A stretch of 35,483 nucleotides of DNA from an uncultured Methanomassiliicoccales archaeon. Its GTDB lineage: Archaea > Thermoplasmatota > Thermoplasmata > RBG-16-68-12. The translations under genes and the position numbers were made by a program. Each line of letters starts with the position of its first letter. Within the stretch, counting starts at the first letter, position 1. Below are positions 1 through 8,142 of this stretch, piece by piece. Where the stretch lies: positions 1-35,483 of the forward strand of contig CAZJIP010000006.1 of assembly GCA_964546105.1 (NCBI GenBank). Reading direction: 5' to 3'. The notes beneath the pieces were generated by a model. That model was not told the DNA's origin. It ran no database searches and saw nothing but the letters and a program-made list of their open reading frames with translations.

Positions 1-667
1 CCCTCCAGGCCTCCGGGCTGTCGTACCACTCAACCGCCAAGACGCCGTGGACGTCTAGGATGACGAGGCCGCACTGCCCCGGCTGAACCGGCATCACCCC
101 AGGGGCCGGGTGGTTCTCCGGCTCGGTAGCCTCGGACTCCGGAAGAGCGACGACGAGGTCGTCGGAACCACCGCGGGATGCCCCGGTGAATTCCGCGACG
201 GCAGCCCAGACCTGCCCCTGGTCACGAGACAACAGCGCACGGCAGACCGGGCCCGGTGCCAGCCGCCGGTCGAGGACCAGGCTCGCGCCTTGCGTAAGAG
301 CGCGCGACGGGTGGACGCATTTCACCTCGATGGTCGCTTCGGATCGCGGGCCGAGGACAACGCCCGTGGTGGTGCCGCGGGAGGCCGTCGCGTCGCTCCG
401 GAAGAGCGTGCCAGGGGGCAGGAGGACCGCGAACGGGGCGTCGTTCCGGACCGTGAGCCGATCCAGCCTCCCCGAATCCACGGCGGAGATCCATTCGGGC
501 GCCTCGGTCGCGAGGACGCAACGACGGGGCCGCGGGACAGTCCGGACGATAGGAAGAATCGCGGTCGAACCGTCGTGGGACAACCAAGGCGTTCCCATCG
601 TGAGCCCGTCGTCCCGGGCGAGCGCGTGCGCGAACCGCGCGAGGGGTGCATCCCCATCTCGAGGCAT
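1..667 (-). CDS. DUF6569/ARPP-1-like protein; N-terminal 222 aa present, C-terminus runs off the left edge
   Basis: Absent from the ORF track because there is no stop inside the window. Reverse complement from ATG (667..665) reads MPRDGDAPLARFAHALARDDGLTMGTPWLSHDG...TLFRSDATASRGTTTGVVLGPRSEATIEVKCVHPSR...DQGQVWAAVAEF...PGQCGLVILDVHGVLAVEWYDSPEAWR with no stop to base 2. Third codon positions are G/C-rich. The motif order recalls the ARPP-1/DUF6569 family, from memory only. Listed ORFs 110..682, 186..935, 222..809 and 322..657 look like shadow frames. Confidence 0.6.
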   Translation of the reverse strand, partial: MPRDGDAPLARFAHALARDDGLTMGTPWLSHDGSTAILPIVRTVPRPRRCVLATEAPEWISAVDSGRLDRLTVRNDAPFAVLLPPGTLFRSDATASRGTTTGVVLGPRSEATIEVKCVHPSRALTQGASLVLDRRLAPGPVCRALLSRDQGQVWAAVAEFTGASRGGSDDLVVALPESEATEPENHPAPGVMPVQPGQCGLVILDVHGVLAVEWYDSPEAWR

Positions 668-895
668 CCCAGTCCTTCTTGAACCGGATCGACGAGCGGG
701 ATATCCAGTATTTCAGCCTATCAATGTCAAACGACCCCGCGTTGACAAAGACAGAATACGCGCTCCGATTCCGGGGCGCACCCGAGCACGGCTCCAAGTC
801 GGACCGCACATGGCGCAGGTTTTGCGAGCCGAAGTAGGAATCCCTATGAGATACCTGCGCCAGGGCTATCCTTCCCCACGTCCTACTCCTCTCAA

Positions 896-1381
896 ATGCG
901 ACCCGACGAGAAGGAGTTCCTGGGCAACGTGCTGAAGATGTCAGCCGTAGCCTGGTTTATGCACACGTTCGTCGAGGTCCCCCTTCACGAGTACGGACAC
1001 TACTGGGCGGCATCGCTTCTCCGGGTCCCCATGTACATCGACGGAGAGCGCCTGATCTGGGCGACGAGCCAGGCCGTCTCGCCCATCGCCCACACCCTCA
1101 TCTTCGCTTCCGGAGGCCTGACCGCGGGAGTCCTGTTGTTGATCCTGTTCTTCTTGATGCGGCGGCCCTACAGCTACGGACTCATCCCGCTGGTCGCCGC
1201 GAACTGGGCCTACGCACCGTTCGATGGCATGACCCTCGGCTTCGACCTCGGGCTCATCGCTCTGGTGGCCGTTTGGCTCTTGCTTTTCGGATTCTTCCTC
1301 GCGCGCTTCCTGGGCTGGGGGCGGCCTAAGGCAGCTGCCGAGTCCCCGAGACCTGAGGGCGGCAGGCCCGTGCCGCATTAG
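896..1381 (+). CDS. small polytopic membrane protein with HExxH motif (DUF3267-like putative membrane zincin)
   Basis: 161-aa ORF. HEYGH lies at the edge of the first hydrophobic span (FVEVPLHEYGHYWAASLL), followed by 3 further hydrophobic spans. An alternative start is at 938 (MSAVAW..). Confidence 0.6.
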   Translation: MRPDEKEFLGNVLKMSAVAWFMHTFVEVPLHEYGHYWAASLLRVPMYIDGERLIWATSQAVSPIAHTLIFASGGLTAGVLLLILFFLMRRPYSYGLIPLVAANWAYAPFDGMTLGFDLGLIALVAVWLLLFGFFLARFLGWGRPKAAAESPRPEGGRPVPH

Positions 1382-1434
1382 ACACGGCTCCCGCGTCCAC
1401 GGGCCCGCGGATCCAACCGGCGCGCGAATCCGGA

Positions 1435-1509
1435 CGGGCGCGAGGGGATTCGAACCCCTGTCTTAGGCTCCGAAGGCCCATAGCCTAGTCCAAACTAGCC
1501 GACGCGCCC
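1435..1509 (-). tRNA. tRNA-Arg (anticodon UCG)
   Basis: Reverse complement is GGGCGCG TC GGCTAGTTTGGACTAGGCTA TGGGC CTTCGGA GCCTA AGAC AGGGG TTCGAAT CCCCT CGCGCCC G. It has a perfect 7-bp acceptor stem, a 5-bp anticodon stem, loop C-U-UCG-G-A and a 5-bp T stem with TTCGAAT loop. The discriminator is G and no CCA is encoded. The D stem is imperfect. Confidence 0.85.
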
Positions 1510-1566
1510 GGCGGCCGAACCGTCCCTGCCGATAAAAGGGTTCCTTCCCGGGGGGTGCCTAACGGG

Positions 1567-1950
1567 TCAATCGGCGACGAGCTTCTTGTAGGCCGAGGCG
1601 TCTAGCAGCTTGGAGGCTTCCGCGGGGTTGCTCATCTCGAGCAGGACCATCCATCCCGCGCCGTAGGGGTCCTTGTTCACCTGCTCCGGCGTGTCATCGA
1701 GGACTTTGTTCACCTCGACCACCTTGCCGCCGACGGGGGAGAATATCTCGCTCACGGCCTTCACAGATTCCACGGTCCCGAGGACTTCGCCTTGGGCCAC
1801 CGTCTTGCCGATGGGCGGGAACTCCACGTAGACCACATCCGTCAGCTGGTTCTGCGCGTGGTCCGTGATGCCCACCCGCGCGCGGTTGCCTTCGATCTTC
1901 GCCCACTCGTGGTCCTTCGTGTAGCGGAGCTCCTCGGGGATCTTCGACAC
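1567..1950 (-). CDS. gcvH: glycine cleavage system protein H (lipoyl carrier)
   Basis: 127 aa. Starts MSKIPEELRYTKDHEWAKIEG..GITDHAQ and carries the lipoyl-lysine motif VESVKAVSEI, typical GcvH. Confidence 0.9.
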   Translation of the reverse strand: MSKIPEELRYTKDHEWAKIEGNRARVGITDHAQNQLTDVVYVEFPPIGKTVAQGEVLGTVESVKAVSEIFSPVGGKVVEVNKVLDDTPEQVNKDPYGAGWMVLLEMSNPAEASKLLDASAYKKLVAD

Positions 1951-2004
1951 AACGGCACCGGGCCGCCACCAAGCCGCGGACCCAATATGAGGGTTTCGAC
2001 CGTC

Positions 2005-2199
2005 CTAGCGGTTCGGGCCCTTCCACTTCGCGCCCCAGGCCTGGTGGACGAAGATGTCCTCGCTCCGGATCTTGTGGATGTGGTGCGCGATGATCAGGAT
2101 GGCCACCAGGGCGATCCCGCCGACGAAGAGGAGGAGATAGATCGGGTTCCGTGCGATCGCCGAGAAGAACTCCGTGATCGTCGTCCCTAGGTCAGCCAT
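2005..2199 (-). CDS. 64-aa single-pass membrane protein
   Basis: Internal ATG at 2199 of listed ORF 2005..2361 gives MADLGTTITEFFSAIARNPIYLLLFVGGIALVAILIIAHHIHK... Third codon positions are strongly G/C-rich. The start overlaps the stop of the upstream methyltransferase by 8 nt (ATGGCTGA). Confidence 0.5.
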   Translation of the reverse strand: MADLGTTITEFFSAIARNPIYLLLFVGGIALVAILIIAHHIHKIRSEDIFVHQAWGAKWKGPNR

Positions 2200-2872
2200 G
2201 GCTCGACGCTTCCGCGAACAAGTTTCCAGGGCCCCGGAAAAACCTTTCTCCGTGAAGCCCGGATTCGATAATGAGTCGCTCCAGCTCACCCTCTTGGAAG
2301 AGATGATAGTAGCGGGGGATGACCACGCCGTCGGGCATGGTCCAGGGGACCTCGATGTCACCGCGGACCTCCGCGGGAAGGTCCTTGCGCGCCTCCACGG
2401 CCTTCCGGAACCGCGGCTGATCCATCGCCCAGACGCTCACGAAGGAGCGGCCTCCGGCCATGAGGACGCGTCGGATCTCCCGAAGGGCGCGCAGCCGCTC
2501 GTCCACGGACGGCAGGTGGTGGAGGACCGCGACGCATAGCGCCGCGTCCATGGAGCCGCTCCGGAGCGGCAGGGCGGTGGCCTCGCCCTGGATCCAATCG
2601 ATGTGCTGGCCCCAGGTCCGGCCCCGCGATCCGCGGCGGCCGATCGTGAGGAGATTCCGGGCGAAGTCCACGGCGGCCAAGGTGTGGCCCTCGGCCGCGA
2701 GCGTGCGCGCGTGCCGCCCGTTCCCGCACCCGACGTCGACGATGCGGGCGTTCGGTGGCAGGCTGGCGGCGAACGAAAGGACCTCGGGCCAGGGTTCCGC
2801 CCGGGAAGCCGCGAAGGGCTCCGCGATGCGCTCGTACGTCGCGCGCACGCGCGCCTTGGTCACGGAGGCCAT
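2192..2872 (-). CDS. class I SAM-dependent methyltransferase, Trm9-like
   Basis: SAM motif I is IVDVGCGNGRHA. Also has ALCVAVLHHL and the C-terminal RYYHLFQEGELE, which resembles Trm9/ALKBH8-type tRNA methyltransferases (from memory). Confidence 0.75.
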   Translation of the reverse strand: MASVTKARVRATYERIAEPFAASRAEPWPEVLSFAASLPPNARIVDVGCGNGRHARTLAAEGHTLAAVDFARNLLTIGRRGSRGRTWGQHIDWIQGEATALPLRSGSMDAALCVAVLHHLPSVDERLRALREIRRVLMAGGRSFVSVWAMDQPRFRKAVEARKDLPAEVRGDIEVPWTMPDGVVIPRYYHLFQEGELERLIIESGLHGERFFRGPGNLFAEASSHG

Positions 2873-2911
2873 CCGGGCGACAAGGGGTGAGGCGCACGAT
2901 AAAGGGCTCGC

Positions 2912-4108
2912 TCAGGCCTCGAGGGGGACCCGGTCGACCTCCGCGATGACGCGGCTCCGGATCTCCGTTAGGGAGGGCAGCGGTTCCTTGGGCTCGCCGC
3001 GTTCGAGGTACTGGACGTAGGCGGCCTTCATGGCCGTTCCGCACCTGGGGCACTTGCTCACGCCGACCTCGTACGTGCCGTCCTTCGGGCAGCGGAGGGG
3101 TTCCTTCCGCCCGCCGAACTTCCCGCGCTTGGCCACGGGCTTGCCCTCGATCTCCACGATGTCGCAGGCGAAGTCAATCGTAGGGGCGTTGCTCAGGGAT
3201 GTGCCGATGCCGAAGCCGTCCGCTCCCGCGGCCAAGAGCGCCGGAATCGTCTTCTCGTCGATGTTCCCCGAGACGTAGATCTTCACGTCCTTGTGGCCCC
3301 GCACGTCGAGCTCCCACCGGACCTCGCGGACGATCTGCGGGAAATTCCCGCGCCGCGACGACGGCGTGTCCAGGCGGACGCCCGCCAAATTGGGAATTTC
3401 CTCCAGGGCCAGGAGGGTCTCCGTCTTCTCGTCGTAGTAGGTGTCCACCAGGGCGATGCGGGGAATCTTCTTCTCCATGTACTTCTGGACCGCGTGGAAC
3501 GCCTCGCGGGACCCGCCCATGACGATGACGAGGGCGTGGGGCATGGTCCCCATAGCGGGCAGGCCCAGGAGGGAGGATCCCAGGGGCGTCGTAATCGCAT
3601 CCAGACCGCCCACGTACACGGAGCGCTCGATGAGCGGCGCGATGCCCGGATGCATGCGGCGGACGCCGAAGGAGAAGATCTGCTTCCCGTTGGCGAGCTT
3701 CCGGAGCCGCGCCGCCTTCGTCGCGATCCCGCTCGTCTGGCAGATGAGGCCGAGGAGCGGCGTCTCGAACAGCGCCCAGTCGCCGTAGGGCCCCTCAAGG
3801 GTCATCACGGGCAGCGGCACACCTCGGGGCGTGCGCGGCTCGAACAGCGTTCCCTCGGACAGGGACCACAGGCTGACGTTCTTGCCCTCCAAGAGGCGGA
3901 CGGCTTCCTCGACGCCTGCGAGGATACCCCAAGGCCATCCGTTCGGCAGGCCACCTGTGGTAATCTCGGCATCGACGACCGTGCGGTCCTTCCCCGCCTT
4001 CTTCAGGACGTCCAGAGTCCGCAGGAAATAGATGTCCGTCGTCTTGCCGGCGCGGATCTCTTCCTCCGTGGCGACATAGAAGTCCCGGCTCCGGTCCGAG
4101 CCCGTCAT
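2912..4108 (-). CDS. nicotinate phosphoribosyltransferase (archaeal type II PRTase with C-terminal zinc ribbon)
   Basis: 398 aa. Contains TDIYFLRTLDVL and GTMPHALV, plus a C-terminal CPKDG..CPRCG. The layout is typical of the archaeal NAPRTase family. Confidence 0.85.
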   Translation of the reverse strand: MTGSDRSRDFYVATEEEIRAGKTTDIYFLRTLDVLKKAGKDRTVVDAEITTGGLPNGWPWGILAGVEEAVRLLEGKNVSLWSLSEGTLFEPRTPRGVPLPVMTLEGPYGDWALFETPLLGLICQTSGIATKAARLRKLANGKQIFSFGVRRMHPGIAPLIERSVYVGGLDAITTPLGSSLLGLPAMGTMPHALVIVMGGSREAFHAVQKYMEKKIPRIALVDTYYDEKTETLLALEEIPNLAGVRLDTPSSRRGNFPQIVREVRWELDVRGHKDVKIYVSGNIDEKTIPALLAAGADGFGIGTSLSNAPTIDFACDIVEIEGKPVAKRGKFGGRKEPLRCPKDGTYEVGVSKCPRCGTAMKAAYVQYLERGEPKEPLPSLTEIRSRVIAEVDRVPLEA

Positions 4109-4136
4109 GGTGTCGCGGCCGCTACGAGCCTCGGGT

Positions 4137-4144
4137 CTTATAGG
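4137..4144 (-). promoter_or_regulatory. TATA-like box for the NAPRTase gene
   Basis: The minus strand reads CCTATAAG about 30 nt upstream of the ATG at 4108. This is the only AT-rich patch in the spacer. The element is near-palindromic, so it could also fire rightwards. Confidence 0.4.
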
Positions 4145-4546
4145 TTTTGGTCAAGTGGTTGTATGACATCCTCGGGAGATTCTCACTTTCACTGGCCTCC
4201 CCCCCGTAACCTCTCCCTCCATGGACGTCCTTCCCCTTCCTCGTCATCCCTCCGGTGGCAGACCACCGTCCGAGAGGCCCGCCCGGCATAACGCGCTCCG
4301 CGCAGAACACGGGCGGGCCCGGGGTGCGACGATGGGGTCGCATCCCGGAGCCGCCGACCACCGCCTTCGGGAGAAGGCGAGGGCCGTACGGTTCCGGCCC
4401 GGTGCCCTCCGCCATGATGCGATGAGTCCCCTCTACGACCCGCCCGCGAGGCGCGGTCGCACGAGAGGAGCCGAGCGGAGTCGAGTGGGTTGCGAAAGGG
4501 GCCCAACAGGGCACCTCCCGCAAACGTCACAGAACCTGGTCAGATT

Positions 4547-5611
4547 CTATCGCCCGGCCACGAGGCGCTCCCCATATTCTGCCAGAGTCTCCGCCGTGCG
4601 TACGGTCTCCGTCAGCGACACGCGTTCGTCGGGGATGTGGATGCGAGCGGTCTCGCCCGGTCCGAAGACGACGCACCGCGGATTGTGGGGCGCGTACCAC
4701 GCCATCTCCGTGGCGTAGGTTACCGCGACCACCTCAGTACCCGCCAAGTCGGCGAGCAGGCGGACGTGCGGCGCGTCGAACGGCACGGCGGCCGCAGGGA
4801 CCTCGTGGTAGAGCTCCAGTTCCGCCTTCTCCCCTGCCGCGGCAAACGCACGATGGAGCAACGCGTCCACATCCGCCTTGGACAAGTTCGGCGGGTTGCG
4901 GCAGTCCAGGTCCACGACGCAGGAATCGGGCACGACGTTGGGCGCGACCCCGCCCTGGATCCGGCCCACGTTGATCGTGATGTCCCGCAGTCCGTCCTTC
5001 GGGTGGGCGTACGGCTCCAAGTGGGGTAGCACACGGGCCATGCGATGGACCGCGCTGTCCCCCAGCTGAGGCATGCTCCCGTGCGCACTGCGGCCGCGGA
5101 TGGTCCCGTGGTACCAGAGGACCCCCTTCTCGCTCGCGATGACCTTGAGGCCCGTTGGCTCGGTGACGACGACGCCGGCGGCCTCGCGGACCGCCGGAGA
5201 GGAGGCGAGGGCGATGGAGGCTTTCATCGTGGTCTCCTCGTCCGTGGTGAAGAACAGGGACACGGGCTTCCCGCGGTCCAGGAGACGGCGCGCCGCGGCA
5301 AAACATGACACACAGCCTGCCTTCATGTCTGCCGCGCCGCGGCCGTATAGCCAGTCTCCGTCCCACACTCCCTGGTCCTTGGTCCATCCGGAGGCCACGG
5401 GGACCGTGTCGAGGTGGCCGTTCAGGAGGACGCCCCCTTTCCCGGAGGACGCCTCGATCGCCTGCACGTCGCGGTGGACCGTTGGGCGCAGCCCGAGCTC
5501 CTCCAAGGCGGCTGCAGCCGCCGTCAGTATGGCGGGCATGTCCGGCTCCGTGACGGAGGGGATGCGTACGAACTCCTGCAGCAGCGTACGTACGTACTCG
5601 GTTTCGTTCAT
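4547..5611 (-). CDS. M20 family metallohydrolase (ArgE/DapE/LysK-like deacylase)
   Basis: 354 aa. Contains LLNGHLDTVP, GRGAADMKAG and FTTDEE, the M20 metal-binding motifs. Confidence 0.8.
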   Translation of the reverse strand: MNETEYVRTLLQEFVRIPSVTEPDMPAILTAAAAALEELGLRPTVHRDVQAIEASSGKGGVLLNGHLDTVPVASGWTKDQGVWDGDWLYGRGAADMKAGCVSCFAAARRLLDRGKPVSLFFTTDEETTMKASIALASSPAVREAAGVVVTEPTGLKVIASEKGVLWYHGTIRGRSAHGSMPQLGDSAVHRMARVLPHLEPYAHPKDGLRDITINVGRIQGGVAPNVVPDSCVVDLDCRNPPNLSKADVDALLHRAFAAAGEKAELELYHEVPAAAVPFDAPHVRLLADLAGTEVVAVTYATEMAWYAPHNPRCVVFGPGETARIHIPDERVSLTETVRTAETLAEYGERLVAGR

Positions 5612-6189
5612 GTGCCTCGCCGGTCGAGCTCGTTCTGGACAAGGACGATGGCCTGATCCGTATGGACTGCATGAGGGCCGAGCCCAATGACGAAGGCGTC
5701 GCGCGCGAGCACGGCGCGTTCCTCGGCAGGGGTCAGGTCCTGGTTGTCCGAGAGCACGAACGTCGCGTCCGCGGGAACGGGCGTCGTGCGGATATCCTTG
5801 CCGCCTTCCTTCAGGTAGACAAAGGTGGGCCCCAGGCGGTCGAGCGCCTCCGTAAAGGAAGCCTTCGACGCGAGGATTCCCGGCGAGACCTCGCGCTCCA
5901 CGCGAGAGCCGTGCTCCAACGCCTTGCGGAGGAGTGCGGCGTTGCTGCGGAGATCGGGCTGGTAAGACCGCACACGGTGCCCGAGGATCCGCACGAGTCG
6001 CGGCGGATCGGGAGGTCCCAGGAGGAGCAGGGCTGCCTCCGCATCCCGGCGGATGTCATGGGCGAGGAGGAGGGCTGCGTTCGCGGCGCTCAGGAGGATG
6101 TCCATCCGACCCGCCGCGCCCGCTAAGTCGTCCAAGGAGAAGTTCGGGGTGGTGACCGCGCGGTGGCCTACAACCAGGAAACGGCGCAC
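5608..6189 (-). CDS. trmY: tRNA (pseudouridine54-N1)-methyltransferase, SPOUT family
   Basis: 193 aa. MRRFLVVGHRAVTTPNFSLDDLAGAAGRMDILL matches the TrmY/DUF358 N-terminus. Its TGA overlaps the ATG of the downstream M20 gene (ATGA at 5608..5611). Confidence 0.8.
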   Translation of the reverse strand: MRRFLVVGHRAVTTPNFSLDDLAGAAGRMDILLSAANAALLLAHDIRRDAEAALLLLGPPDPPRLVRILGHRVRSYQPDLRSNAALLRKALEHGSRVEREVSPGILASKASFTEALDRLGPTFVYLKEGGKDIRTTPVPADATFVLSDNQDLTPAEERAVLARDAFVIGLGPHAVHTDQAIVLVQNELDRRGT

Positions 6190-6221
6190 GGCGGCCGATA
6201 ACGGGAGAGGCCCTTAAGGAC

Positions 6222-6665
6222 TCACGGAGGAACCGGAATCTGGCCGGCGAACCCCATCGCGGCCATGCGGTTCACGATCTCATGGAGCTTCTCGACGGAC
6301 CAATCGTCCTCAACGATCTTCTCGAACACGCCTTGGGTGACGAAGGCCACCTCGGCGCGGTTGAACAGCTCCATGTACGGGACCACCGCCACCCGGAGGA
6401 CGGCCAGGTTCCCGGAGGGGTAGATCTGGGCCTCGGCTCCGAGCCGGTTGCCCGACTTGGTCAGCTCGCCGAAGGGCACAATCTTGCGGACCAGGTAGGC
6501 CTTCGCCTTGCTGCCCAGGATTGCTTTGTGCAAGTAGTACTGGCCCGTCCAGTCGTGCTGTTTGATGTCGAAGCCCGAGTCGACGAGGGCCTTCTCGTAG
6601 GCCGCGAGGAGGTCCTGCACTCGCCGCCCGGGGAAGACGAGGACCGCGGTCGCGCCGGAAGTCAT
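6222..6665 (-). CDS. hypothetical protein
   Basis: 147 aa with balanced composition and G/C-rich third positions. I recognise no motif. Confidence 0.6.
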   Translation of the reverse strand: MTSGATAVLVFPGRRVQDLLAAYEKALVDSGFDIKQHDWTGQYYLHKAILGSKAKAYLVRKIVPFGELTKSGNRLGAEAQIYPSGNLAVLRVAVVPYMELFNRAEVAFVTQGVFEKIVEDDWSVEKLHEIVNRMAAMGFAGQIPVPP

Positions 6666-6733
6666 GGAATCGGAAGCGACGGGACTTCCGAGCCTATCAA
6701 GGGACGCAGGCGAATCTCGTCATTGATACGGAG

Positions 6734-7840
6734 TCAGGAGCGGGCCCGGCGGGAGACGCCGAAGGACTCCAGGGAAGGCCGGGAAGGGAGTTGCTCAAGG
6801 AGCCTGCGGTGATCCGGCACGAGCGGCAGCCCGCGTGCCTCCTCGACCGTCGCCCAGCGAGCGGATGGGAGAAGGGCGGCTCGGCCCCGCGGCACGCAGC
6901 GATACACATGCCCGGACCATCGGCGGTGAGAGAACGTGTGCGCAACGGGAGCCACCTCCTCCCGCACGTCGACGCGAAGACCCGTCTGGTCCGCCACGAC
7001 GGATCGGAGGGACGTACGGTGCATGCGGCCCGTGGGCATCTCACCCCCGGGCAGCGACCACAGGCCACCCAGGATCTCGGACTCCGGACGGTGGACGAGG
7101 AGGATGCGGTCCCGCGAGCGTACGTACGCAAAGGAAACCGCCACGGTCTTCGGCCGTCTTGGCGCCGGAATCCGCGGCAGGGACGATTCCACGCGGGCCC
7201 GGTGGGCCAGGCACCCCTCGCCGAGCGGGCAGGTCGAGCATGCAGGGCGGCGTGGAACGCAGACGGTCGACCCGAGCTCCATGAGGGCTTGGTTGAACAC
7301 ACCGGGCCGCTGCGGTGGCACGAGCCCCCGGGCTAGCTCCAGTATCCGGGCGCGTCCGGCCGCCGTGGTCACGTCCGTCTCCACACGGAACAGACGGGAC
7401 ACGACGCGGGTCACGTTGCCATCGACGGCCGGCACGGGCTCCCCGAACGCGATGGATGCGACGGCTCCTGCGGTGTATGGCCCGATCCCGGGAAGCGTTC
7501 TCAGGGTCGCTGCATCCGAAGGAATCCGCCCCCCATGGTCGCGGACGATGACCTTCGCGGCGGCGTGGAGGTTCCTCGCCCGGCGGTAGTAGCCGAGACC
7601 TTCCCAGGCGCGGAGGATGTCTGCCTCCGGGGCCGCCGCGAGCAACGCCACGTCGGGGAACCGCTCCAGGAAGCGCTCGTAGTACCGCGTCCCGGACGCG
7701 ACCCGGGTGCGCTGGAGCAGGTATTCCGCGAGCAGAATGCGGTAGGGATCCTTCGTCCGGCGCCAAGGCATGTCTCGATGGCCCGCGTCGAACCATGCGA
7801 GCAGACGCGACCGCACCTCGGACGGCGAAGGGGCTTCCAC
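6734..7840 (-). CDS. mutY: A/G-specific adenine DNA glycosylase with C-terminal NUDIX-like domain
   Basis: 368 aa. Contains DMPWRRTKDPYRILLAEYLLQRT, the HhH element LPGIGPYTAGAV, DGNV, and a Cys cluster CVPRRPACSTCPLGEGC. The C-terminal part (GGLWSLPGGE) is MutT-like. Confidence 0.85.
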   Translation of the reverse strand: MEAPSPSEVRSRLLAWFDAGHRDMPWRRTKDPYRILLAEYLLQRTRVASGTRYYERFLERFPDVALLAAAPEADILRAWEGLGYYRRARNLHAAAKVIVRDHGGRIPSDAATLRTLPGIGPYTAGAVASIAFGEPVPAVDGNVTRVVSRLFRVETDVTTAAGRARILELARGLVPPQRPGVFNQALMELGSTVCVPRRPACSTCPLGEGCLAHRARVESSLPRIPAPRRPKTVAVSFAYVRSRDRILLVHRPESEILGGLWSLPGGEMPTGRMHRTSLRSVVADQTGLRVDVREEVAPVAHTFSHRRWSGHVYRCVPRGRAALLPSARWATVEEARGLPLVPDHRRLLEQLPSRPSLESFGVSRRARS

Positions 7841-7908
7841 GCCCCAGCCATGGCGGCGCCGCTACTTAACGGGCCGCGAAAAACGAAACCCTTTCCCCGA
7901 CGGCCCCG

Positions 7909-8133
7909 ATGGGGCGGGGGATGAGCTACCGCGGGTCCTTGCTGACGCGAATCGCGGGGACCGTGCTGATTGCTTTTGTCTGGTTCGCTTTCCTCCTCGC
8001 ATACCTGACCTTCTTCCCGACTTCGGACGCCGCGACGGACCTGACTGTCCCCCTCATCGCAGGCATCGCAGACGCCGCGGCCATCGGGATCCTGTGGCTC
8101 GTTTGGTTCCTCCGCGACCGGAAGAGCATCTGA
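7909..8133 (+). CDS. small two-TM membrane protein
   Basis: 74 aa with two hydrophobic spans (IAGTVLIAFVWFAFLLAYLTFF and LIAGIADAAAIGILWLVWFL). The gene is divergent from mutY. Confidence 0.45.
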   Translation: MGRGMSYRGSLLTRIAGTVLIAFVWFAFLLAYLTFFPTSDAATDLTVPLIAGIADAAAIGILWLVWFLRDRKSI

Positions 8134-8142
8134 GGCCCGCGC

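Noticed and set aside
646-837. 63-aa plus-strand ORF in the divergent spacer (MHPHLEASQSFLNRIDERDIQYF...)
   Set aside because: GC3 is moderately high, so I cannot fully exclude it. However, it would overlap the start of the opposite-strand gene by 22 nt, it has no motif, and it lies in what should be the shared promoter region.
1382-1566. tRNA-Arg as a possible integration hotspot
   Set aside because: There is no integrase, no duplicated tRNA 3' end and no compositional break next to the tRNA.
4165-4546. Tested the structured spacer as SRP RNA or RNase P RNA
   Set aside because: I find no GGAA-capped helix 8 with the AGCA motif (SRP). I find no GAGGAAAGUCC CR-I element paired with a distant ACAGAA..GGCUUA element (RNase P). 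The ACAGAACCUGG and GCGAAAGGGGCC strings near 4490..4540 are too close together to form P4. I therefore kept it only as an unclassified candidate.
4177-4548. 7-nt direct repeat AGATTCT at 4177..4183 and 4542..4548, flanking the structured spacer (possible target-site duplication)
   Set aside because: It is too short to be distinguished from chance. There are no terminal inverted repeats or mobility genes between the copies.
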